Origin: Candidatus Uhrbacteria bacterium
GTDB lineage: Bacteria > Patescibacteriota > Patescibacteriia > UBA9934 > GWF2-40-263
Direction of reading: 5' to 3'
NCBI GenBank assembly: GCA_016219925.1
Contig: JACRJU010000015.1
Location: 4,672 to 68,671 of the forward strand
DNA: 64,000 bases
The notes under the pieces are model-generated. The model had not been told where the DNA came from and ran no database searches. It saw only the letters and a list, made by a program, of their open reading frames with translations. Positions 1 through 10,466 of the stretch are shown here, in pieces (position 1 is the first letter of the stretch; every line of letters starts with the position of its first letter). Both the position numbers and the translations under genes were made by a program.

Positions 1-1
1 T

Positions 2-1111
2 ATGTTTGCGAGCCGTTTGCAGGGGGCCGTTTATCGGCATTGCTTTAAACCTATTGCTTTTCGTTTTGATGCGGAGTCTGTTCATGATTGCCTGACGAAA
101 ATGGGGGCGTGGATGGGTCGGCACCCTTCGCTTCGTAAGACTGCCGGTCAGTTATGGCATTATGAACACCCCGCTTTGCGCCAACAGGTTTGCGGGATTT
201 CGTTTGAGAATCCCGTTGGCCTCACGGCGGGGTTTGATAAAGACGGCCTGCTCACGGATATTTTGCCAGAGGTGGGCTTCGGTTTTGCGGAGATTGGTTC
301 AGTGACGGGGCGACCCTGTTCGGGAAATCCGCGCCCGCGACTTTGGCGCCTGCCGCACAGTCGGGCGCTGCTGGTTTATTATGGGTTAAAAAATGAAGGA
401 TGTGAGACCGTGGCGCACCGGCTCGCGCAGTCGCGGCGGCGCATCCCTCTCGGAGTCAGTATTGCCAGAACCAACGATCAGATAGCCTGCACGTTGGAGA
501 TGGGTGTTGAGGATTATCGACACTCCTTCAAAACGGTTGAACCGGTCTGTGACTATTTGACGGTCAATATCAGCTGTCCGAATGCGTTTGGCGGAGAACC
601 GTTTACCCATCCCGATCGGCTTGATTTTTTGCTTAGAGCTCTTGATGAAATCCAAACAATCAAACCGGTTTTTCTAAAAATGCCGGCGGATCTTTCCTTA
701 AGCGAAGCGGAAGAACTCGCGACGGTTGCGCTTACACATCGCGTTCACGGTTTTATTTTTTCCAACCTGACAAAGCGTCGCGATACTCCCGCGATTAGTC
801 CACGCGACTCTTTCGCGTCTGCGAAGGGCGGAATCAGCGGACGACCCGTGTTTGAACCGTCCAATCGGTTGTTAAAGCATTTTTATAGATCCTATGGCGC
901 GCGCTTCACGCTGATCGGATCCGGGGGAGTCTTTTCAGCGGACGATGCTTATGAGAAAATTTGTTCAGGAGCGACTCTTATTCAACTCGCCACCGGGATG
1001 ATCTTTGAAGGTCCACAGGTGATCGGACAGATCAATAAAGGCGTGGTGGAGCGGCTCGAACGCGACGGTTTCACCTCTGTTTCCCAAGCGGTCGGCGCTT
1101 ATCTTCGTTAA
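2..1111 (+). CDS. pyrD: Dihydroorotate dehydrogenase (quinone, class 2)
   Basis: NPVGLTAGFDKDG, GNPRPRLWRL, NISCPN, GGISGRP, IGSGGVFSADDAYEKI motifs. Confidence 0.95.
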   Translation: MFASRLQGAVYRHCFKPIAFRFDAESVHDCLTKMGAWMGRHPSLRKTAGQLWHYEHPALRQQVCGISFENPVGLTAGFDKDGLLTDILPEVGFGFAEIGSVTGRPCSGNPRPRLWRLPHSRALLVYYGLKNEGCETVAHRLAQSRRRIPLGVSIARTNDQIACTLEMGVEDYRHSFKTVEPVCDYLTVNISCPNAFGGEPFTHPDRLDFLLRALDEIQTIKPVFLKMPADLSLSEAEELATVALTHRVHGFIFSNLTKRRDTPAISPRDSFASAKGGISGRPVFEPSNRLLKHFYRSYGARFTLIGSGGVFSADDAYEKICSGATLIQLATGMIFEGPQVIGQINKGVVERLERDGFTSVSQAVGAYLR

Positions 1112-1117
1112 GGGATT

Positions 1118-2017
1118 ATGGCAAAAGTAACGTTTATTGGACTTGGAGAGATTGGCGGAGCGATAGCTCATGTGATTGGGTTACGCGCGAAAATTTGTGC
1201 ATGGGATAAAGACCCGGCAAAAGTTCTTGGGGGAGTGCGCTCAATGGAGGAAGCGTTAAGCGGAGCCGATGTGGTTTTTTTGTGTATCCCCTCTTGGGTC
1301 ATACGAGATGTGGCGACACAAGCGGCTGGGTATCTGTCTCCCCAGACGATTGTGATTTCGTTGGCGAAGGGTTTGGAAGCCGACTCGCTCAAAACAATGG
1401 ACGTGGTTTTGCAGGAGGTGTTGCCGGAATATACCGTTGGGGTGATGGGCGGCCCCCTTCTTGCTGAAGAACTGATGGCTGACCTGCCGGGAGTGGGAGT
1501 GCTTGGCGCGAAGAAAGCTGACGCCTTTCAAGTTTTACAACCTCTTTTTGCAGATTCAAATTTACGTCTTGAATACACAAATGATTCAACCGCCGTTGCC
1601 CATGCGTCTGTTTTGAAAAACATCTATGCCGTGGCCTTGGGCATCGCCGAGGGTCTTGGCTGGGGGTGGAATGGCAAAGGTTGGCTTGCGGCGCGCGGAC
1701 TTAAAGAGATGAAAGAGATCATGGCTCATCTTAAATGCGATGTTTCGGTTGCTTCCGGCACGGCTGGAGCTGGTGACTTTCTCGCTACGGCCTTAAGCCC
1801 CGATTCGTTTAATCGCACAACCGGTCTTTCGATTGCTAAAACCGGAGAATGTACACAGCCCAGTGAAGGATGCCGAGCGGTAGCCTCTGTCATTTCACGG
1901 CTCGGCAAAAAAGACGCGGATCTCCCGATTCTCTTTTCTCTTGATCGCATTATCAACCAACATGAATCTCCAAAAACCGCTTTTCAAAATTTGTTCGCGT
2001 CCGAAGACGCGACGTAA
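1118..2017 (+). CDS. gpsA: NAD(P)H-dependent glycerol-3-phosphate dehydrogenase
   Basis: N-terminal GxGxxG, SLAKGLE, GGPLLAEEL, LKNIYAVALGI, GAGDFLAT. Confidence 0.88.
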   Translation: MAKVTFIGLGEIGGAIAHVIGLRAKICAWDKDPAKVLGGVRSMEEALSGADVVFLCIPSWVIRDVATQAAGYLSPQTIVISLAKGLEADSLKTMDVVLQEVLPEYTVGVMGGPLLAEELMADLPGVGVLGAKKADAFQVLQPLFADSNLRLEYTNDSTAVAHASVLKNIYAVALGIAEGLGWGWNGKGWLAARGLKEMKEIMAHLKCDVSVASGTAGAGDFLATALSPDSFNRTTGLSIAKTGECTQPSEGCRAVASVISRLGKKDADLPILFSLDRIINQHESPKTAFQNLFASEDAT

Positions 2018-3176
2018 AGGCCATGTCCTTGTTCTAGACGCCGGGACGACCGGAGTCAAAGCTTTTGTTTTCAATGCGCAGGGAGATATTCTGGCCAAAG
2101 CCTATCGTCCACTCAAAAAATCTCGGCCAAAAAATGGCTGGGTTGAGCAGGATCCTCTTGAGATTTTGGGCTGCTGCCGCATGGTCATTCAAGAGGCGGT
2201 ACAATCTTCTGCGGTCGTCGTTTCAAGCATTCGAGGGATGGGAATAACCAATCAACGTGAGGCAACGGTCGTTTGGAATCGCCAGACAGGCAAGCCCGTC
2301 TATCCCATGATTGGTTGGGAAGATCAGCGCACACGCACCTTCTGCACGATCCTTAGGAAGGAGCACGGAAAAGCCATTCAGGAAAAAACCGGCCTGGAAG
2401 TCCTGCCATATTTTTCTGCTTCTAAATTGAAATGGATTTTGGAGCGTCATGACTTTTCGACCCTGTTGTTCGGGACGCTCGATACATGGCTTCTTTGGAA
2501 TCTTTGCGATGAGCATCCGCATTTGACGGATGAAACCAACGCGGCACGCACCCTTTTGTATGATATCGGCAAGCGCAAATGGGATGCTCAACTTTTTGAT
2601 TGGTTTGGGATTCGTCCTGACGTCCTGCCTCGAGTGATGCCTTCGCGTAGTTGCTTCGGTCACCTCGCAAAAGACATTATCGGTAAACCGATCTCCATCC
2701 TTGCCATGTGTGGGGACCAACAAGCAAGCACTTATGCCGCGTTGCGCATAAAAGGTGTTCAAAAGAATCATGTCACCAAAGTGACCTATGGAACAGGAGT
2801 TTTTTTGGTGCAAGTGATCGGACGAAAGATGCAGATTCACGCGCCATTTTTTACAACGCTGATGCCGGCTGTTGGTAAGGGAAGCGTGTTTGCGTTGGAA
2901 GCAAAGATTGAAGGAAGTGGGGAAACCGTGACACGACTTTTGAAGTACCCAAAATCATTAGAACGATATTTTAAAAATTTGACAAAAAAAGTTAATCATC
3001 TCGTTGTTCAGCTTCCTGTCAGGCCAAGGCAGATGGTGGTTGATGGAGGTGTGGCGCGTGATGGGATTGTTGTTGAAATTCAAGAGCGAGCAACGGGCAT
3101 TGAAACCTGTTTGCAGACGCCATTTGATGGGACGGCGCTTGGGTGTGCTCTGCTTGTTTGGGACGCTGTTCATTGA
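1962..3176 (+). CDS. glpK: Glycerol kinase / FGGY kinase, C-terminally shortened (start uncertain)
   Basis: LDAGTTG, GWVEQDP, GITNQRE, YFSASK, GTLDTWLLWNL, TDETNAART, GDQQA, KVTYGTG, VDGG. Confidence 0.85.
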   Translation: MNLQKPLFKICSRPKTRRKGHVLVLDAGTTGVKAFVFNAQGDILAKAYRPLKKSRPKNGWVEQDPLEILGCCRMVIQEAVQSSAVVVSSIRGMGITNQREATVVWNRQTGKPVYPMIGWEDQRTRTFCTILRKEHGKAIQEKTGLEVLPYFSASKLKWILERHDFSTLLFGTLDTWLLWNLCDEHPHLTDETNAARTLLYDIGKRKWDAQLFDWFGIRPDVLPRVMPSRSCFGHLAKDIIGKPISILAMCGDQQASTYAALRIKGVQKNHVTKVTYGTGVFLVQVIGRKMQIHAPFFTTLMPAVGKGSVFALEAKIEGSGETVTRLLKYPKSLERYFKNLTKKVNHLVVQLPVRPRQMVVDGGVARDGIVVEIQERATGIETCLQTPFDGTALGCALLVWDAVH

Positions 3177-3234
3177 CGGCGACCCGATTTTGTGCTATAT
3201 TGTATGCGGCAATCACGCCTCTGAAGGGAACAAC

Positions 3235-3522
3235 ATGCACTCGGACCGGACTCTCATCGGTGCCCTCGTCCTCGTGACGGTCTTCGCCGTCAGCCTCCTC
3301 GGCTACGACATTTGGCAGCTCGCCACCGGAACGGTGGACCTCAACAAGCACATTCCGTTGATGGTGCCGCTCGCGCTCGGTTCGATCGTCGCCTGCGGGG
3401 TCGTGGTCATCCGTCACGATCGTCCCGCGCGCGCGGCCGTATTCGCGCATGTGCGCAAGGACTCGGCGTTCCACTCCGAGAATCTGCCTACCGAGCGAGC
3501 TGCTCCCGCCCACATCGAGTAG
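3235..3522 (+). CDS. Small GC-rich membrane protein, hypothetical
   Basis: Two hydrophobic segments; TTGACG..TGCTATATT promoter-like sequence and AAGGGA upstream. Confidence 0.6.
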   Translation: MHSDRTLIGALVLVTVFAVSLLGYDIWQLATGTVDLNKHIPLMVPLALGSIVACGVVVIRHDRPARAAVFAHVRKDSAFHSENLPTERAAPAHIE

Positions 3523-3613
3523 CGCCGGACATCCCGGCCACCTCCCCCTCTGATGATCACCCTTCCGGTGGTCATTTTCTTTTTTTACTCTTGCGCGTAT
3601 GATACGAGAGGTT

Positions 3614-3961
3614 ATGCTGCGAAATGTACAGTTTTCACGCGTCATGGCGGCTCTCTTGATTGGGTTGATTTTTGTTCCTTCCGCGCATGTGTTTGCGGCT
3701 CACATGTCGATGCCGATGGACTGCGAGCGAGGCACGCCGTGTCCACTCGTTGCACCGACCGGTTGTATTGACTTATGTGTGCGCACATATGAAGCGCAAA
3801 AAGAAGTCGCTTTGGGAAAAACCTTGCCTTCCGGAATGTTCGGGCAAACGACGCCAGTTTCCCGCGTCTTTCCGATCGAGCCAACTCTACCGATTTTTTA
3901 TCAACGCCTTTTCTTTCCCCAAGGGACAGATCTCTCTTTATTGCGCCAGCGGCGTAATTGA
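3614..3961 (+). CDS. Small Cys/Met/His-rich exported or membrane protein upstream of copper genes
   Basis: Signal/TM segment followed by HMSMPMDC..C..C..C. Confidence 0.55.
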   Translation: MLRNVQFSRVMAALLIGLIFVPSAHVFAAHMSMPMDCERGTPCPLVAPTGCIDLCVRTYEAQKEVALGKTLPSGMFGQTTPVSRVFPIEPTLPIFYQRLFFPQGTDLSLLRQRRN

Positions 3962-4008
3962 TCAAAACCGGTTTTTGTAAGGAGATTCATTCTTAACCGG
4001 TTTTGTGT

Positions 4009-5358
4009 ATGGCTCAAAAGTATGATTTTGAATTAAGGGGGACCACCTGCCAGAGTTGCGAGGTCGTCATTGAGCGCGATCTCTCTACTCTTGGTGGAGT
4101 TCAACATGTGAGTGCTTCTCACAACACAGGACGTCTAACGATTGAGACGTTTGAGGTTGCTAATGAGGAAAAATTGCTCAGACGCATCAACGAACGATTG
4201 GGTCCTCATGGGTATCAGGCATCGGAAGAATATTCCCGTCAAAAAATTCAAGCCCCATGGAATCTGTCGCGCATTGGCGGCGCTTTGGTTTTGATTCTTG
4301 CGGTGTATGTGATTTTTAAGTGGATGGGATTGTCGACGTTCTCGCCGCAGGCAGAGTCGGCAGGAGGATTGTTCGCGATTTTTGCCATTGGACTGGTCGC
4401 TTCGGTTTCGTCCTGTACCGCTGTTGTTATTGGTTTGCTCGCGGCGGTTTCGTCTGCAAAAGCTAAAGAACAAGCTCACGTCTCATCCAAAGATCGTTTA
4501 CGCCCACATTTTTTATTTAACATCGGCCGCATCGTTGGGTTTGCCGTTTTTGGCGCGCTGATTGGTCTAATCGGTTCGGCCTTTCAACTTTCAACGACGC
4601 TCAACGGTCTTTTCGTCATTGTCATCGCGCTGGTGATGATGAGTCTCGGATTGCATCTGCTTGATGTGGTGCCTTCCCATTTTGCTCGGCTCGCGCCACC
4701 AAAGTGGCTGTCGCATCGCATCCACGCCTTGCAAGATAGTAAGCATCCGGCCGTGCCGTTTGTGTTGGGAGCACTCACGTTTTTTCTTCCATGCGGATTC
4801 ACCCAGTCCATGCAGTTGTATGCACTTTCGCTCGGTAATCCCCTGCAGGCCGCTTTGGTGATGGCCGTATTTGCGCTTGGAACCGCGCCTGCGCTTTTAA
4901 GCGTTGGAATCTTAACTTCTGTTGCGAAAGGCAAAACCCTTCAACGAGTGATGCGCGTTGCCGGTGCCGTTGTGGTGGTGCTTGGTCTGACGAACATGCA
5001 AAACGGTGCGGCTTTGTTTGGAATGAATTTTTCGCCGAAGCATACATCCGCGGCGTCTCCTTCCGCAACGCTCTTGCAAGGAGGGCAGCAATATATCCAA
5101 ATGGAAGTGACATCGCGATCCACCTACGAACCTGATACGCTTGAGGTCATCGAGGGGGTGCCGGTTGAATGGCAGGTGTATGGGTCCAAATCTATGGGAT
5201 GCGCCAGCACGCTTGTTCAAAGGGATTTCGGCGTGCAAACGCGCCTACAGCCCGGCATTAACACCATTCGCTTCACCCCAAACAAAGTTGGAAACTTTTT
5301 ATTCAGCTGTTCGATGGGAATGGTGCGCGGAACGCTGATCGTTAAGCCGCGGGGATAA
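4009..5358 (+). CDS. HMA domain + DsbD_2/TauE-like membrane domain + cupredoxin-like domain protein
   Basis: GTTCQSC, VSSC, FFLPCGFTQSMQ, C-terminal FSCSMGM. Confidence 0.85.
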   Translation: MAQKYDFELRGTTCQSCEVVIERDLSTLGGVQHVSASHNTGRLTIETFEVANEEKLLRRINERLGPHGYQASEEYSRQKIQAPWNLSRIGGALVLILAVYVIFKWMGLSTFSPQAESAGGLFAIFAIGLVASVSSCTAVVIGLLAAVSSAKAKEQAHVSSKDRLRPHFLFNIGRIVGFAVFGALIGLIGSAFQLSTTLNGLFVIVIALVMMSLGLHLLDVVPSHFARLAPPKWLSHRIHALQDSKHPAVPFVLGALTFFLPCGFTQSMQLYALSLGNPLQAALVMAVFALGTAPALLSVGILTSVAKGKTLQRVMRVAGAVVVVLGLTNMQNGAALFGMNFSPKHTSAASPSATLLQGGQQYIQMEVTSRSTYEPDTLEVIEGVPVEWQVYGSKSMGCASTLVQRDFGVQTRLQPGINTIRFTPNKVGNFLFSCSMGMVRGTLIVKPRG

Positions 5359-5456
5359 AGGCCTCGCTATCCAGTGATTATTTCTAAACCATCACCACGT
5401 GGCACCGGCCAAGAATAGGAGCCGTCTCTGTTCGTCACCATCTTCTCATTTATCCT

Positions 5457-7658
5457 ATGTCAAAAATTACATTCAATATTGAAGGCATGCACTGCGCGTC
5501 GTGTGCCATCAAAATCGAAGGGCAACTGAAAAAAGTTCCCGGCGTGCAAGAAGCGAACGTCAATTATGCTCTTGCAGAAGCCACCATAGATTTTGATGGA
5601 GATAAGACGAGTGTTCAAGCGCTTCATGATGTTGTTATCAAAGAAGGTTACAAAGTCGTCGAACCACCCCAAGTCAACCAGGACGGTCATCCGGGAAACC
5701 ATGAGCCCGGCGGCAAACACGCCCATCACGCGGGCGGGACAAAATCCGAAGTCGCTGTACGGGCAACCGTCGCGCTTGTGATTGCGGTGCCAGTGCTCGT
5801 GATCGCGATGGCGAAATTGAAGTTCGGCCCCATTTTGTTCGGTGAATTGTTTTCGGATTGGATCGAATCCATTGGTTCAACGATCGTCGTGCTTGGGCCT
5901 GGCATGGTGTTTCATAAGGCGGCTTGGCGCTCTCTGCTTCGCATGAGCGCGAATATGGATACGTTGATTTCACTGGGAACGCTCGTGGCGCTCGTGTTTA
6001 GCTGGTGGGCGTTCTCCGCTGGAAAGCCACGCTATTTTGAAACCGCTGCCATCATTACCGGCTTTATTTTGCTTGGCCGATATTTGGAAGCGCGTAGCAA
6101 AGGCCAAGCCAGCGCGGCTATTCAGAAACTGCTCGAACTGGGCGCGAAGATGGCCCATCAACTTTTGCCGGATGGATCCGTCCAAGATGTTTCGATTGAT
6201 CAGCTTAAAAAAGGCGACCTCGTTATTGTGAAGCCCGGGGAGAAAATTCCCTTGGACGGAATCGTGAAGAAAGGCGATTCGTCTGTTGATGAATCCATGC
6301 TTACAGGCGAGAGCATGCCGATCGAGAAACGAGACGGCGATCAAGTATTTGGAGCGACCTTAAATCAACAAGGAGCATTGACGGTCGAGATTTCGACAGA
6401 AAGCGAGGGGAGTGTCCTTTCGCAAATCATTCGACTCGTCAAAGAAGCCCAACAAAAGAAGGCCCCCATTCAAAAACTCGCTGACCGCATCTCGGGTATT
6501 TTTGTCCCCGTGGTTATTGGGGTGGCGATTGTGACTTTTCTTGTCTGGTTCGGTTTGAGTAAAGATGTTGCTCAATCGCTTATTTCAGCCGTGGCCGTTC
6601 TGGTTATCGCCTGTCCCTGTGCACTTGGATTAGCAACTCCGACGGCTATCCTCGTCGGGACCGGTCGGGGTGCCCGCATGGGGATTCTCATTAAAAACGG
6701 TGAAGCGCTCGAACGCGGTCGCAACCTCAATGTGATCATGTTTGATAAAACCGGGACGCTCACACAAGGCAAGCCCGTGGTGACGGATGTGATTGCTTCT
6801 GGAGCTTCAGATTTTTTGGCTATTGCTGGCGCAGCTGAATCACTCTCTGAACATCCGCTTGCACAGGCTGTGCTTCGAAAAGCCAAGGAGGTCGGTGGCG
6901 CTTTTCCCCAAGCCTCCGGTTTTCAATCTCATACCGGCAAAGGCATTGCCGCGCTGGTAAATGGGAAGACGGTACGCATCGGACAGGAGCGATGGATGGA
7001 ATCGCTTGGGATTCAGCTCTCCTCTGACACCCAAAAGTCTTTGGTTGAACTATCAGGTCAAGGGAAGACGGTCGTGGTAGTGGCGCAAGAACAGACCGTG
7101 CTTGGTTTGCTGGCTATTGCGGATCAGGCCAAACCGGACGCGAAACAAACCGTTGCGCAATTGCGCGCGCGTGGACTGGATGTGGTGATGATTACGGGCG
7201 ATCAGGAGCGCACCGCGCGTGCCATTGCGGCGGAACTCGGCATTGAAGAAGTTCGGGCGCAAGTGTTTCCGGATCAAAAATTGGAGATTGTGAAAGAGGC
7301 ACAACAGTCTGGCAAAAGAGTGGCGTTTGTTGGCGATGGCATCAACGACGCTCCAGCGCTCACGCAAGCTGATCTTGGTATTGCCGTTGGGACGGGCACC
7401 GATATTGCCATCGAAGCCGGCCAGATTGTTCTTGTCGGCGGGGGTCCCGAAAAAGTGATCCAAGCGATTCAGTTGTCTCGCAGGACTTATGCCAATATCA
7501 AACAGAATTTGTTCTGGGCTTTTATCTATAACATCGTGGGTATTCCTCTTGCGGCGATTGGACTGCTCAATCCGATTATCGCTGCGGCGGCCATGGCGTT
7601 TTCGTCCATTTCGGTCGTGCTCAACTCGCTACGTTTGCGCCACGTCAAACTGAAATAA
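5457..7658 (+). CDS. copA: Copper-translocating P1B-type ATPase
   Basis: [40 protein letters not shown] and MAFSS motifs. Confidence 0.95.
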   Translation: MSKITFNIEGMHCASCAIKIEGQLKKVPGVQEANVNYALAEATIDFDGDKTSVQALHDVVIKEGYKVVEPPQVNQDGHPGNHEPGGKHAHHAGGTKSEVAVRATVALVIAVPVLVIAMAKLKFGPILFGELFSDWIESIGSTIVVLGPGMVFHKAAWRSLLRMSANMDTLISLGTLVALVFSWWAFSAGKPRYFETAAIITGFILLGRYLEARSKGQASAAIQKLLELGAKMAHQLLPDGSVQDVSIDQLKKGDLVIVKPGEKIPLDGIVKKGDSSVDESMLTGESMPIEKRDGDQVFGATLNQQGALTVEISTESEGSVLSQIIRLVKEAQQKKAPIQKLADRISGIFVPVVIGVAIVTFLVWFGLSKDVAQSLISAVAVLVIACPCALGLATPTAILVGTGRGARMGILIKNGEALERGRNLNVIMFDKTGTLTQGKPVVTDVIASGASDFLAIAGAAESLSEHPLAQAVLRKAKEVGGAFPQASGFQSHTGKGIAALVNGKTVRIGQERWMESLGIQLSSDTQKSLVELSGQGKTVVVVAQEQTVLGLLAIADQAKPDAKQTVAQLRARGLDVVMITGDQERTARAIAAELGIEEVRAQVFPDQKLEIVKEAQQSGKRVAFVGDGINDAPALTQADLGIAVGTGTDIAIEAGQIVLVGGGPEKVIQAIQLSRRTYANIKQNLFWAFIYNIVGIPLAAIGLLNPIIAAAAMAFSSISVVLNSLRLRHVKLK

Positions 7659-7690
7659 AAAACCAGACGTCTGAGTCTGGCAGCAGCTCG

Positions 7691-8386
7691 TTAGGGGTGA
7701 GCCCGGCGGGCTGTTTTGATTACGTGGCGGTAGGTGCGGACGTAGTCGTAGTTCGACCAGGCTGTCGCGGCCATGATAAGAGCGGTGTCGATCCATCCCA
7801 GAAGCGGACTTCCGATCGGGTTCAGGATCAGGTGGAAAACGAGGATGCCCGGAAAGCAAATGCGTGTGCGCCATTTGCCCGAGCTTCCTGCACTGATCTT
7901 GACGCCGGGCGCTTCACGCAGGGCCCATGCGCGGTGGAACATGCTCGTCGCATCGCGTTCGAAGCTGATCCATGCGATCAGGATCACCTGAACGAAGAAG
8001 ATCGGAGAAGCGCCAGAGAGCACGATGAGCGCCGTGTCGATCGTGATGCCTCCGAGCTTTGTAAGGTACTGCACTTTGTCTGCGTGAGAATCGTACAACT
8101 CACCGAAAGGACTCACGATCCCGAGGCGACGTGCGATCCAGCCGTCCAGCCCATCGCAGATCGCTCCCAATGAAGAGAGCCCGATGCCGACCCAGCGTAG
8201 AACGAACAGGTCAAAGGTCAACTCGTGGCCGGCGAGGAACAGGCAGAAGGTGACGAGCAGGATGAGCAGGCCTAGACGCGAGAGCCACGCGCCGAGGATG
8301 GTGATGTAGTTGGCGGTGTTCTGCCGCGTGAACGAAAGCAATTCTTCGTCGTAGAAGAAATGAGCAAGAGTCGCGATAAAACGCAC
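7691..8386 (-). CDS. CDP-alcohol phosphatidyltransferase family protein
   Basis: DGLDGWIARR..G..SPFGELYDSHADK signature; multiple TM segments. Confidence 0.85.
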   Translation of the reverse strand: MRFIATLAHFFYDEELLSFTRQNTANYITILGAWLSRLGLLILLVTFCLFLAGHELTFDLFVLRWVGIGLSSLGAICDGLDGWIARRLGIVSPFGELYDSHADKVQYLTKLGGITIDTALIVLSGASPIFFVQVILIAWISFERDATSMFHRAWALREAPGVKISAGSSGKWRTRICFPGILVFHLILNPIGSPLLGWIDTALIMAATAWSNYDYVRTYRHVIKTARRAHP

Positions 8387-8395
8387 GAGACCTCC

Positions 8396-9361
8396 TTAGA
8401 CCATCAGTCCTTTGAACTCCTCGACCATGGGGACGAGTTCGCTTTCAAGGCCGTAAGCATCTGCGATCGTAATCGCCGTCCAGTCTGCTGTCAACAACGA
8501 ACGAAAAACTTTTTCGAAAGGCTCTTTTCCCACGATGGGTTGGCGCTCGACAGGAAGACCGCGCTTCGTATACAGCCGTTCAAGAATCGCAAAACGTTTT
8601 TGCACGCGCGGATGATCCTGTGCGTCTGTCAAAAAAATGAAATGGAACGGGGCGCAAAGTTTTTTCGTTGCGGCCGTTACATCAAACCCGTTCATTTCAT
8701 TGTGATTGAGTTCGGGGATGACATTAAAGAACGCCGGAATTTTTCCGGTTTCGTTGAATTTGATTTTCCAGTTGTAGGCGATGGCTTGATTGCGCGTGGA
8801 CGAGTAGATCACCGGAATTTTTCCGCGCAATCGTCCAGCCAAATGCTCACCAGTCTTTCGATACATGAGCGGCTTGAGTGTTTTGACCAGACGAGCACTG
8901 TCACGCAATCCTCGTTCATCGCCGAGTAGTTTGAGAAGGGCGCGCAAAGCGAATCCGAGAGCCATGCGTGGTTGGATGCCGGTGTTTGGAATTTCGATAT
9001 AGGGTGCATGATGTTTCTTTGCCAGATCGATGAGTTTTCCCCCCGAGGCAATCACCGCCACAGGCAGTTTATGTTTACGGGCTGTTTCATATCCATCGAG
9101 TGTTTCCTCCGTATTGCCCGAGTATGAGCCAGCGATCACAAGAGGTCGAGAGACACACTCGATGGGAGCGGACAGTCCATAATCGGATGAGATAGAGAGT
9201 GGGAGTTTAGGATGACACAGAAGCGCGAGGTCGGCCGCCAAGTGCGATCCGCCCATGCCGATATAAAAAGCCTGATCAAACGGCTTGAGATGTGAAGCGT
9301 TTTGAACCTTTGGAACGAAGGTGAATTGTTGAGGAAATTGTTTTACTGCGTTGGACATCAT
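8396..9361 (-). CDS. Bifunctional phosphoglucose/phosphomannose isomerase (SIS domain)
   Basis: GMGGS, SYSGNTEET, QPR, NETGK, PELNHNE. Confidence 0.9.
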   Translation of the reverse strand: MMSNAVKQFPQQFTFVPKVQNASHLKPFDQAFYIGMGGSHLAADLALLCHPKLPLSISSDYGLSAPIECVSRPLVIAGSYSGNTEETLDGYETARKHKLPVAVIASGGKLIDLAKKHHAPYIEIPNTGIQPRMALGFALRALLKLLGDERGLRDSARLVKTLKPLMYRKTGEHLAGRLRGKIPVIYSSTRNQAIAYNWKIKFNETGKIPAFFNVIPELNHNEMNGFDVTAATKKLCAPFHFIFLTDAQDHPRVQKRFAILERLYTKRGLPVERQPIVGKEPFEKVFRSLLTADWTAITIADAYGLESELVPMVEEFKGLMV

Positions 9362-9535
9362 AATGCATGTAGTGAGTTTTGATGTTTCATTGTATGTCTT
9401 TGTGTGGCAGGTCAGCAACAGGGATGACAACCGAAAGGGACGGTTTATTTCTGTCTGTGGATATGTTTTCGCATCCACCGAGCGTAAATGCTATACTTTT
9501 AATAATAAATCACGCTTAAGTTTTAACTTTTGTCT

Positions 9536-9748
9536 ATGAAAGACGGAAAATGTGGCGTCCATTGCGTTGCTTGGTGGCTCCTTTGGGTGGGAGGCATCAA
9601 CTGGGGACTCGTTGGTCTCTTTGATTGGAACCTCGTTGAAGTCATTTTTGGCTCATGGGGTTGGCTCGTGCGTTTGATCTACATCCTCGTTGGTCTTTCC
9701 GCGCTTCTACTCCTGTTTGATAAGAAGTGCTCGAAGTGCCGTTCCTAA
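9536..9748 (+). CDS. DUF378-like small membrane protein
   Basis: GGINWGLVGLFDWNLV..IFG..IYILVGLSAL. Confidence 0.85.
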   Translation: MKDGKCGVHCVAWWLLWVGGINWGLVGLFDWNLVEVIFGSWGWLVRLIYILVGLSALLLLFDKKCSKCRS

Positions 9749-9809
9749 TCACCTCACCCTCGTATCACAAACGGCCCACCCAGGCCGTTTTGTGGTAAGA
9801 TGGCTCATT

Positions 9810-10466
9810 ATGAGAGATGGTTTTCGCCCCACGGGGGAGGAATTGTGGAAAGCCTCAAAAGATCATGAGCCGGAAGCAACCGGTGAGCCGATCCCCCTTC
9901 CGGAAGATGTTCGTGAGTCGGTTGAGATGTATCGCACCACCATGGAGCACGAGTTGCTTCAAGATTTTGGTTTGCCAGAAGTCCCTCCTCAAATTTTGGC
10001 TGAAATGGAATCCGTTGTTCGCTCGATAGAAGCCGCGGTGCGTGAAAAAGGTTTTGTGGATGAATGTGATGAATCGGTGATGGATCAACTTCGCATTTTG
10101 GCGATCAAAACGAGCCACTTTCAAGAAGATCCGCAACACATCGTTTTGAAATCCATACCCGAAGAAGGTTTCCATGTTTCCTATCGAGAAAAATTTGGAG
10201 AAACGCACGAGCGGATGATGACCGAGGATGAACAAGACTTCCTGTTTCAGTTGGAGATGTGGGCAGATCAAATGAATGGGTTGAAGAATGTCGAATCATT
10301 CAAAGCGCTCGCGAAGGTCATGAAAACTCGAGCGAAGATGAAGCCGGAAAGTTCGCGTGAGGCATTTGTCATTGATGAAATGAAAAAAAAGTATGAGGCG
10401 CATGGATTTACGCCTGAGCAAGTGCGTGATCTCCTGCTTCTTTCCGAAACGGAGGACATTTCTTAG
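9810..10466 (+). CDS. Acidic hypothetical protein; possibly the N-terminal part of the following ABC transporter
   Basis: ORF ends in a TAG that is in frame with, and abuts, the next ORF. Confidence 0.6.
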   Translation: MRDGFRPTGEELWKASKDHEPEATGEPIPLPEDVRESVEMYRTTMEHELLQDFGLPEVPPQILAEMESVVRSIEAAVREKGFVDECDESVMDQLRILAIKTSHFQEDPQHIVLKSIPEEGFHVSYREKFGETHERMMTEDEQDFLFQLEMWADQMNGLKNVESFKALAKVMKTRAKMKPESSREAFVIDEMKKKYEAHGFTPEQVRDLLLLSETEDIS

